The notes beneath the pieces are model-generated. The model made no database searches. It worked only from the letters and a program-made list of their open reading frames with translations, and was not told where the DNA came from. Below, one piece after another: positions 29,720 through 39,888 of a DNA stretch of 64,000 bases. The stretch's first letter is position 1; each line of letters opens with the position of its first letter. The position numbers and the translations under genes are program-made. The stretch is from Microcoleus sp. (GTDB lineage Bacteria; Cyanobacteriota; Cyanobacteriia; Cyanobacteriales; Microcoleaceae), in assembly GCA_052279835.1 (NCBI GenBank), contig CP181291.1:6144001-6208000 (forward strand), given 5' to 3'.

Positions 29720-30514
29720 GTGGTTAATTACAATCCACTCACCGCACAGCCACCTGAAGAGGTACCGTTGAAGGATGCACCTCTGATTCGAGTGATTGCA
29801 CAGGTGCGTTTTCCACCTATTCTCTCGATCGAGAAGAAAGATTTTGTGGGTTCATTTCAAGAGGCAATTAGAGAAAAATATCCTATCCTACAACCCGAAC
29901 AAACTCAAACTTTTGTCTTGGGGCCTCAAGGTGTTGTACAACCAACTCTTCAACTAACTTGGCGGTTCATAGATACAGCAGATAGCTGGCGCGTATCTTT
30001 AGCACCTAATTTTATGGCGCTTGAGACGACAGCTTATTCCAGCCGTGGTGATTTTTTGGAACGTTTAGAACATTTGCTTGTCGCATTTGAGCAAAGTTTT
30101 AATCCCCAAATTATTGAACGATTTGGATTGCGATATATCGACCGACTTATTGGTCAAGATTTGCAAGACATATCATCACTGGTCAAGCCTGAGATAGCCG
30201 GACTTATGACTGCTGAATTCATTGAAGATATTCATCAAACCGTTAATGAATCTTTGTTTGTAATTCCAAATGGAGGTGAGGAAATTATTGCAAGATGGGG
30301 ACTTCTGCCTGGTGGTGTAACTTTCACTCCAGATATTGAACCTGTTGCTGCATCTAGCTGGATGCTCGATATAGATATGTCCCTTTCAAAAAAACGAGAA
30401 TTCAGTATTAAAGAGTTGATGAGTGAAGGACGGTGTTTTGCTGAAAGGATTTATACTTTCTTCCGCTGGGCAGTAAAAGATGACTTTTTGCGGCGTTTTG
30501 GAGGTGAATTATGA
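29720..30514 (+). CDS. TIGR04255-like protein
   Basis: L.DAPLIRVIAQVRFP, ALETTAY, ERFGLRYIDR, MLDIDM pattern. Confidence 0.75.
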   Translation: MVNYNPLTAQPPEEVPLKDAPLIRVIAQVRFPPILSIEKKDFVGSFQEAIREKYPILQPEQTQTFVLGPQGVVQPTLQLTWRFIDTADSWRVSLAPNFMALETTAYSSRGDFLERLEHLLVAFEQSFNPQIIERFGLRYIDRLIGQDLQDISSLVKPEIAGLMTAEFIEDIHQTVNESLFVIPNGGEEIIARWGLLPGGVTFTPDIEPVAASSWMLDIDMSLSKKREFSIKELMSEGRCFAERIYTFFRWAVKDDFLRRFGGEL

Positions 30515-31194
30515 ACACTATGTTGAGTAAAAATCCTAATGAGCGATCGAGAACCTCTGCCCTGGGAGCTATGAAACATTCAGATACTCATTCATCTATT
30601 GGTTCTATAATTTCCCTAGTTAGTTCGGGCACAACTGCTTCTAGAGTAAGTGACGATCGAGGGTTGTTAGCTGCTTTAGACAGGACGACCAGTGGGATTA
30701 CTTTGCGAGCGACTGGCTCTCCAGAAGCAACGCAGAAATCTATTAGCGAATTGAGAAGATTAAGCGGGTTAACCTGGGAGCAGCTTGCTAAATTATTCAA
30801 TGTTTCACGCAGAAGCCTTCATTTTTGGGCAAGTGGGCAACCATTGTCTCGCTTTAATGAAGAACAGCTTAATCGACTGTTAGAGGCTATTCAATACATC
30901 GATAGAGGAAGTGCAAATCTCAATCGCAGTCTGTTACTGAAAGGCAGTAATGATAATCTATTTTTTGACCTACTCGTCGCAGGTAAATACGAGGAATTCA
31001 AGAAGATTGTTGGCTTTGGTAATGCGCCTCAAAAGCCACAATTAGGTTCTTTGTCTGAAGATGCACTTGTGGCACGTCGGCCTCAGAATCCAGCGACTCT
31101 GGTGGACGCTCTCCAAGAGCCTATCCATCGGGAGGTTGGACGATCAAGACCTGGTAGAGCAGCAAGGAGCCGAAAGAATAATAGTGGTCAATGA
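30511..31194 (+). CDS. XRE-type HTH protein with S/T-rich N-terminus
   Basis: ISELRRLSGLTWEQLAKLFNVSRRSLHFWASG; ATGA overlap with the upstream gene. Confidence 0.8.
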   Translation: MNTMLSKNPNERSRTSALGAMKHSDTHSSIGSIISLVSSGTTASRVSDDRGLLAALDRTTSGITLRATGSPEATQKSISELRRLSGLTWEQLAKLFNVSRRSLHFWASGQPLSRFNEEQLNRLLEAIQYIDRGSANLNRSLLLKGSNDNLFFDLLVAGKYEEFKKIVGFGNAPQKPQLGSLSEDALVARRPQNPATLVDALQEPIHREVGRSRPGRAARSRKNNSGQ

Positions 31195-32026
31195 TCATCG
31201 TGATGTTGGGATTCAGACGGTAGACACTGCTCTAAAAGAGTGGTGTCAGGGTGATTGTGTGCTTGGAGAACATTGGTTTGTCCATCGCTTTAATCCTCAG
31301 CGCCCTTTGACATCTGACTCTGCTGAGGTTGCACAAGCAGAAACTGATCTTGCAGAATCTGAGGTTAAGGGTTTTGCCGTAGTTACACAAACCTGCGATA
31401 TTGTTCGCACTTGTGACAAGCGTCCATTTGTTGAAGTCGTACCTCTTGTGGAGGTCGATAGAATAAAGTTGCATGACATTCAACGAAGTAAACAGCCTCA
31501 ATATGCTTATATTCCTGGAACCGCAGAACTTAATCTTGTCGCTGATCTTGATCGTGTAATGACAGTAGAAAAGGCTGTTGTGGCAGAATGGGAACGCAAA
31601 CCAGGATGTCTTAACGATGAGGAGATTAGGCAACTTGGGCAAGCACTGAAACGAAAGCGTGCTCGATTTGCTTTCCCTGACGACTTCACTGACTTTGCTA
31701 TAAATCTCCAAAAGAAGCTACGCGATAAGCATAATAAATCCTCCCCTGAAGGAGAAGCTCTTCGCGCTTTACGTGAGATTAGAGTGCGCGCAGAACCTTC
31801 ATGGAATAGCTGTGAAATCGGATTAATGTTTTGGTTTATCCGGGACGAGGAACCGAATCAGTTTGAGGGAATAAGATGGGATCAGTATCTAGAACAGTGG
31901 TTGAAATTAATCCCTGAATCTGGACGATTCCAAAATGTGGAGGGTTCGGTAGTAGCTTTGGAAGACATGACAGCAAAGGAGTATGTTGAGAGTGATCAGC
32001 TAGATCTGGATCACTTATCCTCTTAA
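31184..32026 (+). CDS. Hypothetical protein, possibly divergent MazF/PemK-like fold plus C-terminal domain
   Basis: QGD, AVVTQTCDI, VEVVPL, ADLDRVMTVEK, GCLNDEEIRQL; GTG 31184 overlaps the HTH gene end (ORF track start 31061). Confidence 0.6.
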   Translation: MVNDHRDVGIQTVDTALKEWCQGDCVLGEHWFVHRFNPQRPLTSDSAEVAQAETDLAESEVKGFAVVTQTCDIVRTCDKRPFVEVVPLVEVDRIKLHDIQRSKQPQYAYIPGTAELNLVADLDRVMTVEKAVVAEWERKPGCLNDEEIRQLGQALKRKRARFAFPDDFTDFAINLQKKLRDKHNKSSPEGEALRALREIRVRAEPSWNSCEIGLMFWFIRDEEPNQFEGIRWDQYLEQWLKLIPESGRFQNVEGSVVALEDMTAKEYVESDQLDLDHLSS

Positions 32027-32207
32027 AGTGGAGAAGTCACTGTTTTAATAAGCGATTATTCGGAACATCGATCGAGATTTACATAGTCATAAAAATCGAG
32101 TTCGCCCTTGTATTGAAAAAGTTCCATCGAAATAACAGACTATATCCATGCAGCCGGACTCGATCGAACTAAGCTAAACTAAGCTAGGTAAATGACTTGA
32201 TATACTG

Positions 32208-34166
32208 ATGACTATTTTTACTCTACGATCGATCAAAAAAGACTTCGGCATCAAGGAACTGTTGACAGATGCCAGCTTCAGCCTCGATGAAGGCGATAAA
32301 GTCGGACTCATCGGCACTAACGGTTCCGGGAAATCCACGCTGCTGAAGATGATTGCGGGCTTGGAGTCGATCGACTCTGGCGATCGCTGGGTGAATCCCG
32401 GTGCTACAATTGTCTATCTCCCGCAACAGCCGGATTTGGACGAAAGTCACACGGTTTTAGAGCAAGTATTTGCTGACAGCGGCGAACAAATGGCTTTGGT
32501 GCGCGAATACGAGGAGATTTCCGATAAATTGTCCCACCACCAAGGCGATACTGACAAGTTGATGGCGCGATTGTCTGCTGTATCCGAACGCATTGATGAA
32601 GTAGATGCGTGGGATTTGGAAACTAAGGCCAAATTGATTTTGACCAAGTTGGGAATTGAGGATTTTGATGCCAAAATTGGCGATTTGTCCGGCGGTTATC
32701 GCAAGCGAATTGCCTTAGCAACGGCTTTACTTTCGGAACCAGATGTGTTGTTGATGGATGAACCGACTAACCACTTGGATGCGCTTTCTGTGGAGTGGTT
32801 GCAGAATTATTTGAATGGTTATCGCGGTGCTTTGTTGCTGATTACGCACGATCGCTATTTTCTCGATCGCGTTACCAATCGCATCCTGGAGATCGATCGC
32901 GGCGATCTTTACAATTATGCTGGCAATTACGCTTATTACTTGGAGAAAAAAGCCCTAGCTGAAGAATCCGCCGCTAGCACTCAGCGCAAATTCTCCGGAG
33001 TATTGCGGCGCGAGTTGGAATGGCTCAAAAAAGGGCCGAAGGCGCGCAGTACCAAGCAAAAAGCTCGGATCGATCGCATTAAAGATATGCGCGCAGAAGA
33101 GTTCAAAACAGCCAACGGCAAAGTCGAAATTGCGACAGCGGGCCGCCGGATTGGCAAGAAAGTCATTGAGTTGTTGAATATCTGTAAAGCTTATGGCGAT
33201 CGCACTTTAATTAAAGATTTTACCTACAATTTCACTCCCGAAGACCGGATTGGAATTATTGGCTGCAACGGTGCGGGAAAATCGACGCTGATGGATATCA
33301 TCACCGGACGAATTCAGCCAGATTCTGGTACTGTCGAAATTGGGACAACGATTCACATCGGTTATTTCGACCAACATTCGGAGGATTTGACACCCAATGA
33401 AGACCAGCGAGTGATTGAATACCTCAAAAGTGTGGCAGAATTGGTGAAAACTGCCGATGGAGAAATCATTACGGCTTCTCAAATGTTGGAGAAGTTTCTG
33501 TTTCCGCCAATTCAACAGTATGCACCGATTAGCAAACTTTCCGGCGGGGAAAAGCGCAGGTTATTTCTGTTGAAGGTGTTGATGAGTGCGCCGAATTTGC
33601 TGATTTTGGACGAACCGACGAACGATTTGGATGTGCAGACTTTGGCGGTGTTGGAAGATTATTTAGAGGATTTTAACGGCTGTGTAATTGTAGTATCTCA
33701 CGATCGCTATTTTCTCGATCGCACAATTGACATGGTTTTCGCCTTAGAACCGGGCGGAAATTTGCGTTTGTATCCTGGTAATTATTCGGTGTATTTGGAT
33801 CACAAGAAAGCGGAAGAAGCGAAGGAACTTAAAGCACAAAAAAATCCTAGCAAAACACCACAATCTGCTGCTAACCCCCCCAACCAGGGCGGGCACGGGG
33901 GCACCGCCCCTACAAAGGGGGGAGAAAGTCAGGAATCGGAGAAGCCGCGCAAACTTACGTTTAATGAAAAGCGGGAATACGAGAAGTTAGAAGTTAAGAT
34001 TCCCCAGATGGAAGCGGAGAAAGCAGAGATTGAAAAGATGTTGTCGGAAAATCCTCCCAGTGGGTTTGGTGAGGTGAAAAAGTTATCCGAACGTTTAGTC
34101 CAATTGACTCAAGAGATCGATCGGGCTACCGAGAAATGGTTAGAATTAGCGGAACGGGTGAGTTAA
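32208..34166 (+). CDS. uup: ABC-F ATPase (Uup-like)
   Basis: Two ABC domains (GTNGSGKST, LSGG, DEPTNHLD; GCNGAGKST, LSGGEKRR, DEPTNDLD), LKKGPKARSTKQKAR, C-terminal coiled coil. Confidence 0.88.
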   Translation: MTIFTLRSIKKDFGIKELLTDASFSLDEGDKVGLIGTNGSGKSTLLKMIAGLESIDSGDRWVNPGATIVYLPQQPDLDESHTVLEQVFADSGEQMALVREYEEISDKLSHHQGDTDKLMARLSAVSERIDEVDAWDLETKAKLILTKLGIEDFDAKIGDLSGGYRKRIALATALLSEPDVLLMDEPTNHLDALSVEWLQNYLNGYRGALLLITHDRYFLDRVTNRILEIDRGDLYNYAGNYAYYLEKKALAEESAASTQRKFSGVLRRELEWLKKGPKARSTKQKARIDRIKDMRAEEFKTANGKVEIATAGRRIGKKVIELLNICKAYGDRTLIKDFTYNFTPEDRIGIIGCNGAGKSTLMDIITGRIQPDSGTVEIGTTIHIGYFDQHSEDLTPNEDQRVIEYLKSVAELVKTADGEIITASQMLEKFLFPPIQQYAPISKLSGGEKRRLFLLKVLMSAPNLLILDEPTNDLDVQTLAVLEDYLEDFNGCVIVVSHDRYFLDRTIDMVFALEPGGNLRLYPGNYSVYLDHKKAEEAKELKAQKNPSKTPQSAANPPNQGGHGGTAPTKGGESQESEKPRKLTFNEKREYEKLEVKIPQMEAEKAEIEKMLSENPPSGFGEVKKLSERLVQLTQEIDRATEKWLELAERVS

Positions 34167-34212
34167 TCCGATTTGAGTTTTTTAATTGGGGAGTTTAGAT
34201 TGGGAATAGCTC

Positions 34213-35331
34213 ATGTTGAAACGGATATACATTGACAATTTTCGCTGTCTGGTTAATTTTGAAATTGACCTTGATGCAATTAATTTATTTCTGGGTACTA
34301 ACGGTTCTGGAAAATCAACTGTTTTTGAAGTATTGCAGAAAATCCAAGCATTGGTCAGCGGCGACAGTAAGGTAGAAGGAATTTTTAAACCAGCGGACTG
34401 CACCCGCTGGCAAACTTTAAAAATTCAGCGTTTCGAGCTAGAAATTCTCGGTAATGGCGGCTGCTACACATATCAATTAGGAATTGATCATAATCCAGAT
34501 AAATGTCGTGTTGGGTACGAGCGTCTGTTCTTTGATAACCAGCCTTTACTAAAATTTGAATTAGGCGAAGTTCAACTCTATCGAGACAATCATTCAGAGG
34601 GGCCACAATACCAGTTTGACTGGTCGCAATCGATGCTGCCTTCATTGATGCCAAGAAATGACAACACGAAGTTAACTTGGTTTAGAGAACGGATGGCGCG
34701 ATTTATCATCGTGCAAGTTGTTCCCAGCTTGATGGTTGATGAAAGTAGCCAAGAACAAATGCGTTTGACTCCTAAGATGGAAAATTTTGTTTCTTGGTAT
34801 CGCTACTTATCTGAAGATCAAGGTAAAGTTGCTGAAATTGGCAATATTTTAAAAGATGTTTTGAATGGATTCAACAATTTTAAGTTTGAGCGATTCAGCG
34901 AAGATAATTTGGTGTTAAAACTGCGGTTTTCAGGAGAAAAAGATAACAGCAAGCCAATTGAATATCGTCTCAGAGAATTGTCGGACGGACAAAAAACATT
35001 AGTTGCTTTATACGCGCTGATTCACGGTACAAAATCTGAAGACTATACTTTGTGGATTGATGAACCGGAAAACTTTTTAGCATTGCCAGAAATTCAACCC
35101 TGGCTGATTGAGATTTATGACCTTTGTAGTGATGGTAAACTTCAAGCTTTACTAATTTCTCACCATCCTGAGTTAATCAACTATCTTTTAGTTTCACCAA
35201 TTGGCTATTGGTTTGAACGTCAAAGTAATGCTGCGGTTAGACTCAAAAAAATTAGCAATGAAGTAGCTGACAATTCTGGATTGCCAGTTTCTGAACTGAT
35301 TGCACGGGGATGGTTGAATGAGTCAGCGTAG
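34213..35331 (+). CDS. ABC/AAA_21-type ATPase
   Basis: IYIDNFRCL, GTNGSGKST, LSDGQK, LWIDEPE, ISHHP. Confidence 0.88.
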   Translation: MLKRIYIDNFRCLVNFEIDLDAINLFLGTNGSGKSTVFEVLQKIQALVSGDSKVEGIFKPADCTRWQTLKIQRFELEILGNGGCYTYQLGIDHNPDKCRVGYERLFFDNQPLLKFELGEVQLYRDNHSEGPQYQFDWSQSMLPSLMPRNDNTKLTWFRERMARFIIVQVVPSLMVDESSQEQMRLTPKMENFVSWYRYLSEDQGKVAEIGNILKDVLNGFNNFKFERFSEDNLVLKLRFSGEKDNSKPIEYRLRELSDGQKTLVALYALIHGTKSEDYTLWIDEPENFLALPEIQPWLIEIYDLCSDGKLQALLISHHPELINYLLVSPIGYWFERQSNAAVRLKKISNEVADNSGLPVSELIARGWLNESA

Positions 35332-35875
35332 AGTTCAGATTGTCATTCTCTGCGAGGACAGACAGCAGGAGGTTTTTGCTCGTTATTTCCTGAAAAAGCG
35401 AGGTTTTACAGGTCTATTTCGGACTAATATATGTCCTGCTGGTAGCCAATCTGGAGAACAGTATGTACGCAGTCAGTATCCGGTGGAAGTGAAAGCTTAT
35501 CGCCAGAATAAAAACCGGGTGTCGATCGCATTAGTGGTGTTAATTGATGCAGATAGGGGTACGCTGCAAGACAGACTAAATCAGTTAGCTAGTATACTTG
35601 ATGAAGATGCTCAGGAACAGAGGCGATCGGATGAGGCGATCGCAATATTCGTTCCCAAGCGCAATATTGAGACTTGGATACACTACTTGCAGGGAGAAAC
35701 TGTGAATGAGGAGGATGCTTATGCAAAATATGAGAAAAATGAGGCTGTTTGCAAGACCTATGTTGAGAATTTAGCCGATCGATGTTATGCTCAGGACTTA
35801 CCAGAAGATGCACCGCCATCGCTTCAAGCAGCTTGTGGGGAATTACAGCGACTATTACCACTTTTAGAGCAATGA
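35318..35875 (+). CDS. TOPRIM-like (RloB/DUF4276-like) partner protein
   Basis: VILCED, VLIDAD, PKRNIETW; overlaps the ATPase stop. Confidence 0.65.
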   Translation: MSQRRVQIVILCEDRQQEVFARYFLKKRGFTGLFRTNICPAGSQSGEQYVRSQYPVEVKAYRQNKNRVSIALVVLIDADRGTLQDRLNQLASILDEDAQEQRRSDEAIAIFVPKRNIETWIHYLQGETVNEEDAYAKYEKNEAVCKTYVENLADRCYAQDLPEDAPPSLQAACGELQRLLPLLEQ

Positions 35876-35941
35876 GTTAATCACTAATAGATGATATTGT
35901 GTAATCGAAAGGAAATTTGATGAGAGCGATAATTATAAATT

Positions 35942-36562
35942 CTAAAATCGATTGACTGCCTTTGCTGTCATCATCCCCCAAAACCAATCGATTTTGTATC
36001 GTTCGATTGCAATTTCTTGCAATCCCTCATCTCGCATCATCGCTTGAAGTTCAGCCACTCCATAGGTGCGCAAATGAGCGGGATGGAAACACCGCAGGAA
36101 AAAGTCACAAACCTTGCAAGTTAAGTAATCATAACACCAATCTGTAATCACTAGACGACCGTTGGGTTTGAGAACCCGTTTTGCTTCTTGGAGTGCCTGG
36201 GATGGAGCTCGAAAGAAATGAAAGGCGCTGGTTGATACTACTATATCAAAATAGTTACTGGCCCAGGGCAGGTTGTCAGCGCTACCTAGTTTTAAATCCA
36301 CAAATTCCGGTAGCTTGTGTTTGGCAATTTCCAGCATTTCGGCACTAGCATCAATTCCGACAACCTCTGATTCTGGGGACACCTGCAACAGACGCTGGAT
36401 TAAAACTCCGGTGCCACAACCAAGGTCTAAAATACGCTCTCTTGGCTTAATTTCTAGATGATTGAGTGTTTTCTCAACCGTCGCATTTACATAAAATGAC
36501 CAGCGACGATCGTATTGTTCTGCAAGTCTAGCATACTCTTTTTGAACAGGGTCTGAGTACAT
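35942..36562 (-). CDS. Class I SAM-dependent methyltransferase
   Basis: ILDLGCGTG, VGIDAS, FDIVVS, RVLKPNG. Confidence 0.92.
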   Translation of the reverse strand: MYSDPVQKEYARLAEQYDRRWSFYVNATVEKTLNHLEIKPRERILDLGCGTGVLIQRLLQVSPESEVVGIDASAEMLEIAKHKLPEFVDLKLGSADNLPWASNYFDIVVSTSAFHFFRAPSQALQEAKRVLKPNGRLVITDWCYDYLTCKVCDFFLRCFHPAHLRTYGVAELQAMMRDEGLQEIAIERYKIDWFWGMMTAKAVNRF

Positions 36563-36616
36563 AATTTTTAATACTTAAGCAAATGTGGTGTCAACTGATT
36601 CCTCACCCAAAATACG

Positions 36617-36651
36617 CAGAGCCCGGACTTTGGAAAGAAGTCCGGGCTCTG
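36617..36651. terminator. Hairpin between the 36700 gene and the methyltransferase
   Basis: CAGAGCCCGGACTT..AAGTCCGGGCTCTG. Confidence 0.6.
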
Positions 36652-36699
36652 ACACAATAGAAGTTTACGTTTAGTTTGAGCGACGTACTTATCTACTGT

Positions 36700-37146
36700 C
36701 TAATTACCAAAAGCATCCTTGATGCTATCAACAGTGCGCTCAATAGCGTTCTTTGTGTTGTCTACTGCTTTTTGAGTCCGGGCGGAATCTTCTTCTGCTC
36801 TTTTCTCAATGGTGGCTGCATCTTTTTTGGCTTTGCGCTCTGCGACACTACCGTCTTCGGTTGCTCGATCGACTTTAGCTGCATTAGTTTTGGCTGTTTC
36901 CTTCACCTTATCTTCCGTGTCTCGGATGAAATTCTTGGCTCGTCCAGCATCTGTACTGGCTTTATCTTGAATTTTATCGCCCAGGTCTGCTGCTGCGATC
37001 GAATTTGCAAAAGGGGCGGCCATTGCTGAGGTGTTGGAGAAAAACGCACCTTGCCAAACAAAGGCGATCGCCGACAGACAAAGCACAGTTGCAGCCATCC
37101 AGCGTCTAGCAGTTGAAAACCGCTTCGTCAAGTAATTCACATTCAT
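36700..37146 (-). CDS. Exported hydrophilic LEA/CsbD-like stress protein
   Basis: Signal-like N-terminus; A/D/K/E-rich amphipathic body ending VDSIKDAFGN. Confidence 0.6.
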   Translation of the reverse strand: MNVNYLTKRFSTARRWMAATVLCLSAIAFVWQGAFFSNTSAMAAPFANSIAAADLGDKIQDKASTDAGRAKNFIRDTEDKVKETAKTNAAKVDRATEDGSVAERKAKKDAATIEKRAEEDSARTQKAVDNTKNAIERTVDSIKDAFGN

Positions 37147-37287
37147 AAAAATACGATCTCTATCAGGTATAGCCTCCTATTTGTAATCGATTTTACCGAT
37201 CGCCTCAATCTTTCTCCAGATAGAGGTTTTTAGGCCATCGCTGGTTAAAGGAATTCACTATTTGGATAGATGGTGATTATGGTCATT

Positions 37288-37908
37288 CTACGGTGTACGA
37301 TTTCCTGATTTGCTTTTTGCCTTCGCCGCCCTAGATTCCACTGTAAATGGTGGAATGTCTGCCAATTCTGTGGCGCTCAAACTGTATTGTTCGCAAACTA
37401 AACTCAGGCGAGTTCCACCGCTTGTCACCGCATTCACAGCATGAGTTAAATCTCCTTGAAAATACACGAGGGTATTTGCTTCTGGTTTAATCTGACCGAC
37501 TTGTTTTTTGTGACAGCGCAACACCAACTCTCCGCCTTCGAGATTTGTTGGTACTTGGATGTATAAAACGCTGACTGCTGCCGGAGGTTCCACCGTTTTG
37601 CAGTACGATCGCAAAGAGCGATCGATATGTGGATCGACACGGGAACCTTCTTTCAGCCACAGAGGGTTGAGATAAAAAGCATTGCAAGCTGGTTGTAGGG
37701 CTTGGTCTAGATAGGGTTTAAAGTATGGGAAACGCTGTTCTACTTGGGCGATTTCCGAACGTTGAAATACCACGGAAAAGCCTTTTGTACCGATGAAGTC
37801 GCGGTTGAGGTTATTGATGGCAAAATAAGGGGATGCGAGAATTGCTCCTCGCAAGTCGTTGAGATAAGTAATGGAGAAAGCGTTAGGATGCTTGCTGTAG
37901 TATTTCAA
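37288..37908 (-). CDS. 2OG-Fe(II) oxygenase
   Basis: PHIDRS (HxD), EGGEL, LTHAV, RLSLV. Confidence 0.85.
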   Translation of the reverse strand: MKYYSKHPNAFSITYLNDLRGAILASPYFAINNLNRDFIGTKGFSVVFQRSEIAQVEQRFPYFKPYLDQALQPACNAFYLNPLWLKEGSRVDPHIDRSLRSYCKTVEPPAAVSVLYIQVPTNLEGGELVLRCHKKQVGQIKPEANTLVYFQGDLTHAVNAVTSGGTRLSLVCEQYSLSATELADIPPFTVESRAAKAKSKSGNRTP

Positions 37909-38096
37909 GGAATTCTATAAATGTGCGATCGAGCAATATCCAGAATACATCATGGTATCAATATTTGCTGGAATGGCGATCGACTTTTCCCATCCCTCAG
38001 ACATGGTTGTCGATCGCACTTGACACCTGAAAAAATTTCGTGATATATAAAGTCTAGTTTTAATTCCGCCGATGATAAAATGAGTAAATATACCTG

Positions 38097-39239
38097 ATGA
38101 ACAGAAATCCACTAGCACCAGTGCTGCTCTCTTTCCTAGGCTTAGCCTTAACTTTTATAATTTCGAGTTATTCTGATGTTGCAGCTCAAAAGGCTCCCAG
38201 AAATTCCTCCGTCCCTGCACCGCCACAAACCACAACAGCAACTGTGACTCGGCCAAGAGCCAAACTCCCAGAAGCCAAACCTTCTCTCAAAATTTCTCCC
38301 AACCCTGACAAGCCAACAGAAGTTGCTGTGGGTTTCTACCTAATCAACCTCGGTCGCATTAATCAATCAGATGAAACTTTTGATGTCAGCGGTTATCTGT
38401 CCGCAAATTGGCAAGACGAGCGTCTAGCATTTGACCCGAAAGTAGTTGGAGACACGGAAAAGCGTGAAAATCCAGAACAAGTATGGGAACCAGCTTTAAC
38501 GATTGTTAATGCTCAATCAGCAGCAAAAAAGACGGCTGTGTCAATCACTGCCAAACCCGACGGCAATGTGAATTATTTAGAACTTGTTAATACTACTCTA
38601 TCGTCTGACTTAGATTTGAGAAAGTTTCCCTTTGATTCGCAAAAAGCTCAGGTTGTTTTGGAATCTCTGTTTTTTGATGACCGAACTCTGGTTTTGCACA
38701 ACGATCCAAAGCTAACTGGATATAGCAAAGATTCTTTTGTTTCTTTGTCCGAATGGCAAATTCTTGACGTCAATACTACAGTCACTCCCCAAAAATTTGC
38801 ACCTGACGGTAAGAATTATTCGCGATATACTTTTGAACTCAAACTCAAGCGCAATTACCAATTTTATATCTTTAAAGTTTTTATTCCCCTGCTGCTAATT
38901 ACGCTGCTTTCTTGGGCTACTTTTTGGATGGATTCCAACGCAACTTTTTCCACTCAGATGAGTGTCGGCATGACCAGCACCCTCACGGCAATCACTTTTA
39001 ATTTTACTGTTGCTAATGCTTTGCCGAGATTATCTTACCTAACTATGCTGGACGCATACATATTTATCTGTTATATCTTTTTCTTTTTGTCGATCGTGGC
39101 CAATGTCACTGTACATTTATTGTTACAAGACAACAAAAAACCTGACTTGATATATGAGAACATCCGCAGATTGCGCTGGATTTTTCCCTTGGCTTTTGTT
39201 GTCTTGCAAGGGATTGTCATCACCTTATTTTTGGTATGA
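38097..39239 (+). CDS. Pentameric ligand-gated ion channel (GLIC/ELIC-like)
   Basis: WQDERLAF, VWEPALTIVN, Pro-loop LRKFPFDSQ, EWQI, KRNY..YIFK..IP, four TM helices with LPRLSYLT. Confidence 0.9.
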   Translation: MNRNPLAPVLLSFLGLALTFIISSYSDVAAQKAPRNSSVPAPPQTTTATVTRPRAKLPEAKPSLKISPNPDKPTEVAVGFYLINLGRINQSDETFDVSGYLSANWQDERLAFDPKVVGDTEKRENPEQVWEPALTIVNAQSAAKKTAVSITAKPDGNVNYLELVNTTLSSDLDLRKFPFDSQKAQVVLESLFFDDRTLVLHNDPKLTGYSKDSFVSLSEWQILDVNTTVTPQKFAPDGKNYSRYTFELKLKRNYQFYIFKVFIPLLLITLLSWATFWMDSNATFSTQMSVGMTSTLTAITFNFTVANALPRLSYLTMLDAYIFICYIFFFLSIVANVTVHLLLQDNKKPDLIYENIRRLRWIFPLAFVVLQGIVITLFLV

Positions 39240-39265
39240 GCCAACTGAATCCATAAATATTGGAA

Positions 39266-39294
39266 AAACCCACTTGTGTTGAGCAAGTGGGTTT
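39266..39294 (+). terminator. Hairpin after the ion channel gene
   Basis: AAACCCACTTG..CAAGTGGGTTT. Confidence 0.7.
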
Positions 39295-39888
39295 GTCGTC
39301 AATGTATTTTGATTTTATGGGAAAGTTCTAGGGGGTTTTTATAAGTAGATTTTATGTATTAGCTAAAGGTATTTTTGATTGGTTATATTACGATTCATGT
39401 TGTAAAAAAATGTAAAAAAATTATTGATAAAGATTCTGATTAAATTAACGATTTTGCGATATTTCAGAATCTATTACTAAAAAGTGATTAAGCTATGGTA
39501 CGATCGAAGTTATATAATTTGGCGCGAGTTATGACTATTAAAAAGCAGACTCTGTAATAGTTAAATCCTGAAACGTTTGTGGGTATTGGAATTGCGACGC
39601 TGATTTGGGTGAGAAACAAAAAAATGGGCTTGGTGAAAAAGTAAAGTAATATGAAGTAAAATTTTGTTTTGTATAAAAAATGGGGTAAAATTCTCTAGCA
39701 GTAGTTGAAAAGAAACTCAAAATATGGTATGGAGTCGGAGAGAATCAAAGATAGGTAGCCAAAGTAAGGCCGAGCAAAATCAAGAAAAAGTCGATCGCCC
39801 AGGAAGTTGGCTACAGGCTAAACATTTGGTGAGGAGTGAGTTACAATTCACCTGTTAAGGTGAAAGAACTGCTAAATTTTAACTAGAC

